From contig JAWMAR010000160.1 in assembly GCA_036785375.1 (NCBI GenBank), positions 5,022,001 to 5,086,000 on the forward strand: a stretch of 64,000 bases of DNA, read 5' to 3'. Within the stretch, counting starts at the first letter, position 1. Every line of letters starts with the position of its first letter. A model generated the notes under the pieces. That model saw only the letters and a program-made list of their open reading frames with translations. It had not been told where the DNA came from and made no database searches. The stretch is from Leucoraja ocellata (Eukaryota). The translations under genes were made by a program, and so were the position numbers. Below, one piece after another: positions 1 through 64,000 of this stretch.

Positions 1-1375
1 TTTAATTCAAGTTTGGCAGGTTTATGTTGGCAAGAGATAGAGACAAAGTGTTGTTCAGAGGTATACAGCAGGAGATTTGGTATAGTCGGGTACATGTGGC
101 TCTCTGGGAGGTTTTTGGTCAATGTTGTTCTGGTCAATTTGGGGTTGGCAAGAGAATAGGTCAAAGGAAGAGATGGATCCTCTGTGGAGTGTGCCCCAAG
201 CTATGTCACACCAACTGATGCAGTGTTTCTGACACAATAGGGCTGTTGTGCCAGTCTACAGCATCAGTATTTGTGGCAAAGTGTAGATGGCTCCAGACAT
301 GTGGAGCTGCAGGACATGTACAAGAACAAAACAAACCTTAACCAGTGGGTCGGGCAAGAACAAAGCAAGAAAGAGTGCCAGCTCCATTGTGTAGTCACTG
401 TTACACTTGATCACACTTCAGGGAGTTATTTCGTCAACACTTTAAGGAAACGTGGCCTTATTTAGGGAAATGGTGGTTGGGAAAGGAAAAGGGTTCAGTT
501 GACTGGCTGACACGCAGTCTAACAGGAAGCTTTACGACAGGACATGAGCTGGCATGAGAAAGGCAAGGGTTGAAGCTCGAGTAAAAATACTGATGAGTGA
601 AACTAACGCAGAGGCTGCTTGGGAATGGGACGTTGCATTTTGGCACCCAAGTGTCGGAGTCACTAACGAGCTGGATAATGAGGGGGTAGATGAGAAGGCG
701 GCTCATCTCACTCACGGCACACCTTTGTCATCGGAGCCTGTGCAAGACGGGCGGGCGCTGTGGCGCGGCCCTCGGGAGTGGAGGCTCAACGCTGCTCCAG
801 CAGTGAAACACAACAGGCTTCCTGGTGAGCAACAGCAAGGTTGTGGGAGACATGGAGAAGGGGGGGGGGGGGGGGGGGGGGGAGAAAGGGATGGAGGTCA
901 CACAGGACTGACCCAAGCTCACGTGACACAGTAGAGCAGAGAATATCACAGCACGTTTCTGCAGTGACAGTCCCTCTTCACACCTTTTGTATAAAATAGG
1001 GGCCACATTGTTATAATCATTTAACAGATTTTTCCCACCCTCCCCATTGAAATAGTAAGTGGGAAAGCCCCCTGTAAACAGTGCGTGCAGTAGAAAGTAT
1101 CTTTACTATTTAACCCCCTGCCTGTGAAACGTTCGGGGACCACCAGCTGGGGCACCGTGCACCCCTTATGTTTAGTATTGACAGTCCAGTCTGGCCCCCC
1201 TCTCCCCACTGCAAAGACAACATCCCCATTCTCAACACCAGAGGCGGGGCTCGGACCAGGATTGAACCAGCTCTTCTCCAACATGTTGCACATGGAATGA
1301 CTTCAGTTTTGGCTCTTTGCAGAAAGGAGTTCATGGTAACAAAGGAAGACTCGGGAACAGGAGGAACCCTGGATT
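1..1375 (-). other. Probable 3' UTR / downstream region of ZSWIM4
   Basis: Follows the stop codon, no recognisable transposon; possible ATTAAA signal on the minus strand at 1-6; poly-G run at about 860-882; true end not determinable. Confidence 0.45.
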
Positions 1376-62173
<60,798 letters not shown>

Positions 62174-62224
62174 CGCTGTCTGTCTGTCTCTCTCTCCCGC
62201 CTGTCTCTCCGTCCGCTGCCCGCT

Positions 62225-62300
62225 ACTGACCGCTCGCCGGCTGCCGGCGCCGCTTATATAGGCCGCTGCTAGTCCCGCCCCCCGCGCGCTCTCATTGGCC
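62225..62300 (-). promoter_or_regulatory. ZSWIM4 core promoter: CCAAT box, GC box, TATA box, Inr
   Basis: On the minus strand: CCAATG 62298-62293, GGGGGCGGG about 62283-62274, TATATAAG 62260-62253, Inr-like TCAGT with A at 62227 (about 31-33 nt below the TATA), 54 nt before the ATG. Confidence 0.7.
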
Positions 62301-62708
62301 GCCTTCTCAATGCCCATTGGCCCGGGTCCCTGTCTGTCATCCGACGGAGCCCGCCCCTCGACCTTCCCTTGCTTCCATTCGCTGTCGTCTTCCAGTTGTC
62401 CCGCCCTCGTCCTCCTCTATTGGTTGTCGACCTGTCCATCGCCCAATGGTCCCGCCTTCCACTTCATTCATTGGCTGTCGTCCTCCGATGGTCCCGCCCT
62501 CCCCTTCCTCCATTGGCTGTCACCCCGTCAATCCACCACGGGTCCCGCAGTCTCCTACGCCCATTGGCTGTCACCCTGTCTCTTTTGCATGTCCCGCCCT
62601 CCCCTTCCTCCATTGGCCATCGCCCCTGCCAGTCCTCCAATGGTCCCGCCCTCCCCCAGTTGCAGCAGAATTAATGTCTATTATTGCAGACTGACTCAAT
62701 CATACTCC

Positions 62709-62745
<37 letters not shown>

Positions 62746-62746
62746 G
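62709..62746. repeat. (TGTC)n microsatellite upstream of the promoter
   Basis: TGTCTGTCTGTC... Confidence 0.9.
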
Positions 62747-63009
62747 GCATTGGACCTTTTAAATCATTAGCAGACAGGATCTGCATCTCGGGATAGATAA
62801 TCCCTTCAAAAAGTTATCTGAACTAAAGAACAGGACTAACGCAGCCAGATTCAAGAGGAGACTTGAGATGGGTATGAGACAGAGGGCAGTGGGGATTTTT
62901 TGCTAATACCCACAATAATTTGTGCAAGAGTGCAATAAATTAATTGCAAAGCAGGCTGGGTTTCCAGCTGCAATCAATATGCAAGGAATCCTAGCTGGAA
63001 AACTGCCTT

Positions 63010-63290
63010 GGTTTAGTTTAGTTATTGTCTGTCACGTGTGTTGAGGTACAGTGAAAAGCTTGTGTTGCGTGCTAACCAGTCAGTAGAAAAACAATACAAT
63101 AGACTATAATAGATAATAGGTGCAGGAGTAGGCTATTCGGCTATTCTCTTATTCTTAAATTGTGGCCCGTGGTTCTGGACTCCCCCAACACCGGGAACAT
63201 GTTTCCTGCCGCTAACGTTTCCAATCCCTTAATAATCTTACAATGATTACAATCAAGCCGTCCACAGTGTACAAATACATGATGAAGGTA
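63010..63290 (-). mobile_element. LINE-tail repeat interrupted by a CR1 3' fragment (about 63101-63238)
   Basis: GGTGCAGGAGTAGGCTATTCGG CR1 tail inserted between two copies of TACAAT. Confidence 0.6.
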
Positions 63291-64000
63291 AAGAGGGAAG
63301 GAGCAGTTTCAAGTGCGGCTTACCCTGGAGAAAAAGTCAAACTGCTCAAAGAAGTTAATGGGCCAGGTAGCATCTGTGGAGACAAAGGAATGGGTGATAT
63401 TTCGGGTTGACACCCTGAATCAGGACCATGGTGTTAAACGTTACTTACTGACATCAGCAGTCAAGCATCTTGTTGGCAGGCTTGTAATAGAAAATCAAAA
63501 GAGAGTGGAAATCTAAAATGCAAACAGAAAATGTTGGAAATATTCAGCAGATCAGGCCACGTCTCCGAGAAAAGAAACAGCATTAATGTTTCAGGTTGAA
63601 CCTTCACAGAACAAGTCAAAGCCTTTGACAAGTGGAGGAGGAAAAATTGACAAGAGCAAAGATATCCACCAGCTAGTGGCTAAGGCAGCCTAACACCATG
63701 CGGCATCAAAAGGGAACTCATAGTTTGGAACTTTGGCTGCTAACTTATGATGTTCTATGGTACAGCCTGTTTTTATTAAATTAATATGATTCTGTGCACC
63801 ATTTCAGCTTAGCACAGATTTTCACCCATATATATTCTAACTTTCCCATTTTTCCCATGCAATTTGTCACTTCTACATCCAAACTGTGCTGAGAACCAAC
63901 CAAGATTTCATTAAACCTCGTCTGCTGTTCTTTGTTTCTCCAAGATTTCATTAGCTTTCCTGATTGTTTGTTCTACCATTTAATGAGGGGAACGTGGACA

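Noticed and set aside
554-934. 126-aa + strand ORF with poly-Gly
   Set aside because: Antisense to the probable 3' UTR; poly-Gly comes from a G homopolymer; no homology recognised
62174-62317. In-frame upstream ATG giving a 48-aa N-terminal extension (ORF 61976..62317)
   Set aside because: That ATG lies upstream of the TATA box and Inr, overlaps a CCAAT box, and the extension has no family homology

Overview
Eukaryotic genomic DNA, most likely from a skate or ray (inferred from elasmobranch-type SINEs and other repeats). One minus-strand gene fills the window: a ZSWIM4/5/6-family SWIM zinc-finger / BC-box protein, best matching ZSWIM4. I traced 15 coding exons (ATG 62173 to TGA 1376) with GT-AG boundaries and consistent phases, giving about 1107 aa. 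Exons 1-14 are clean, but the last exon has three single-base frameshifts, which are either assembly errors or an NMD-escaping truncation. The promoter is a CpG island with TATA, Inr and a periodic CCAAT/GC-box array. Introns are rich in CR1 and Rex-type LINE fragments, HE1-like and Deu-type SINEs, and a hAT MITE. They also hold about 20 short, often palindromic Penelope-derived elements carrying minimal hammerhead-ribozyme motifs (CTGAAGA-AGGGTCTCGACCC-GAAA-CG-TC); one has an intact core and one sits at the apex of a long hairpin. No prokaryotic systems, CRISPR, rRNA or true tRNA genes were seen. Repeat family names come from recalled consensus sequences, not database searches, and repeat boundaries are approximate.
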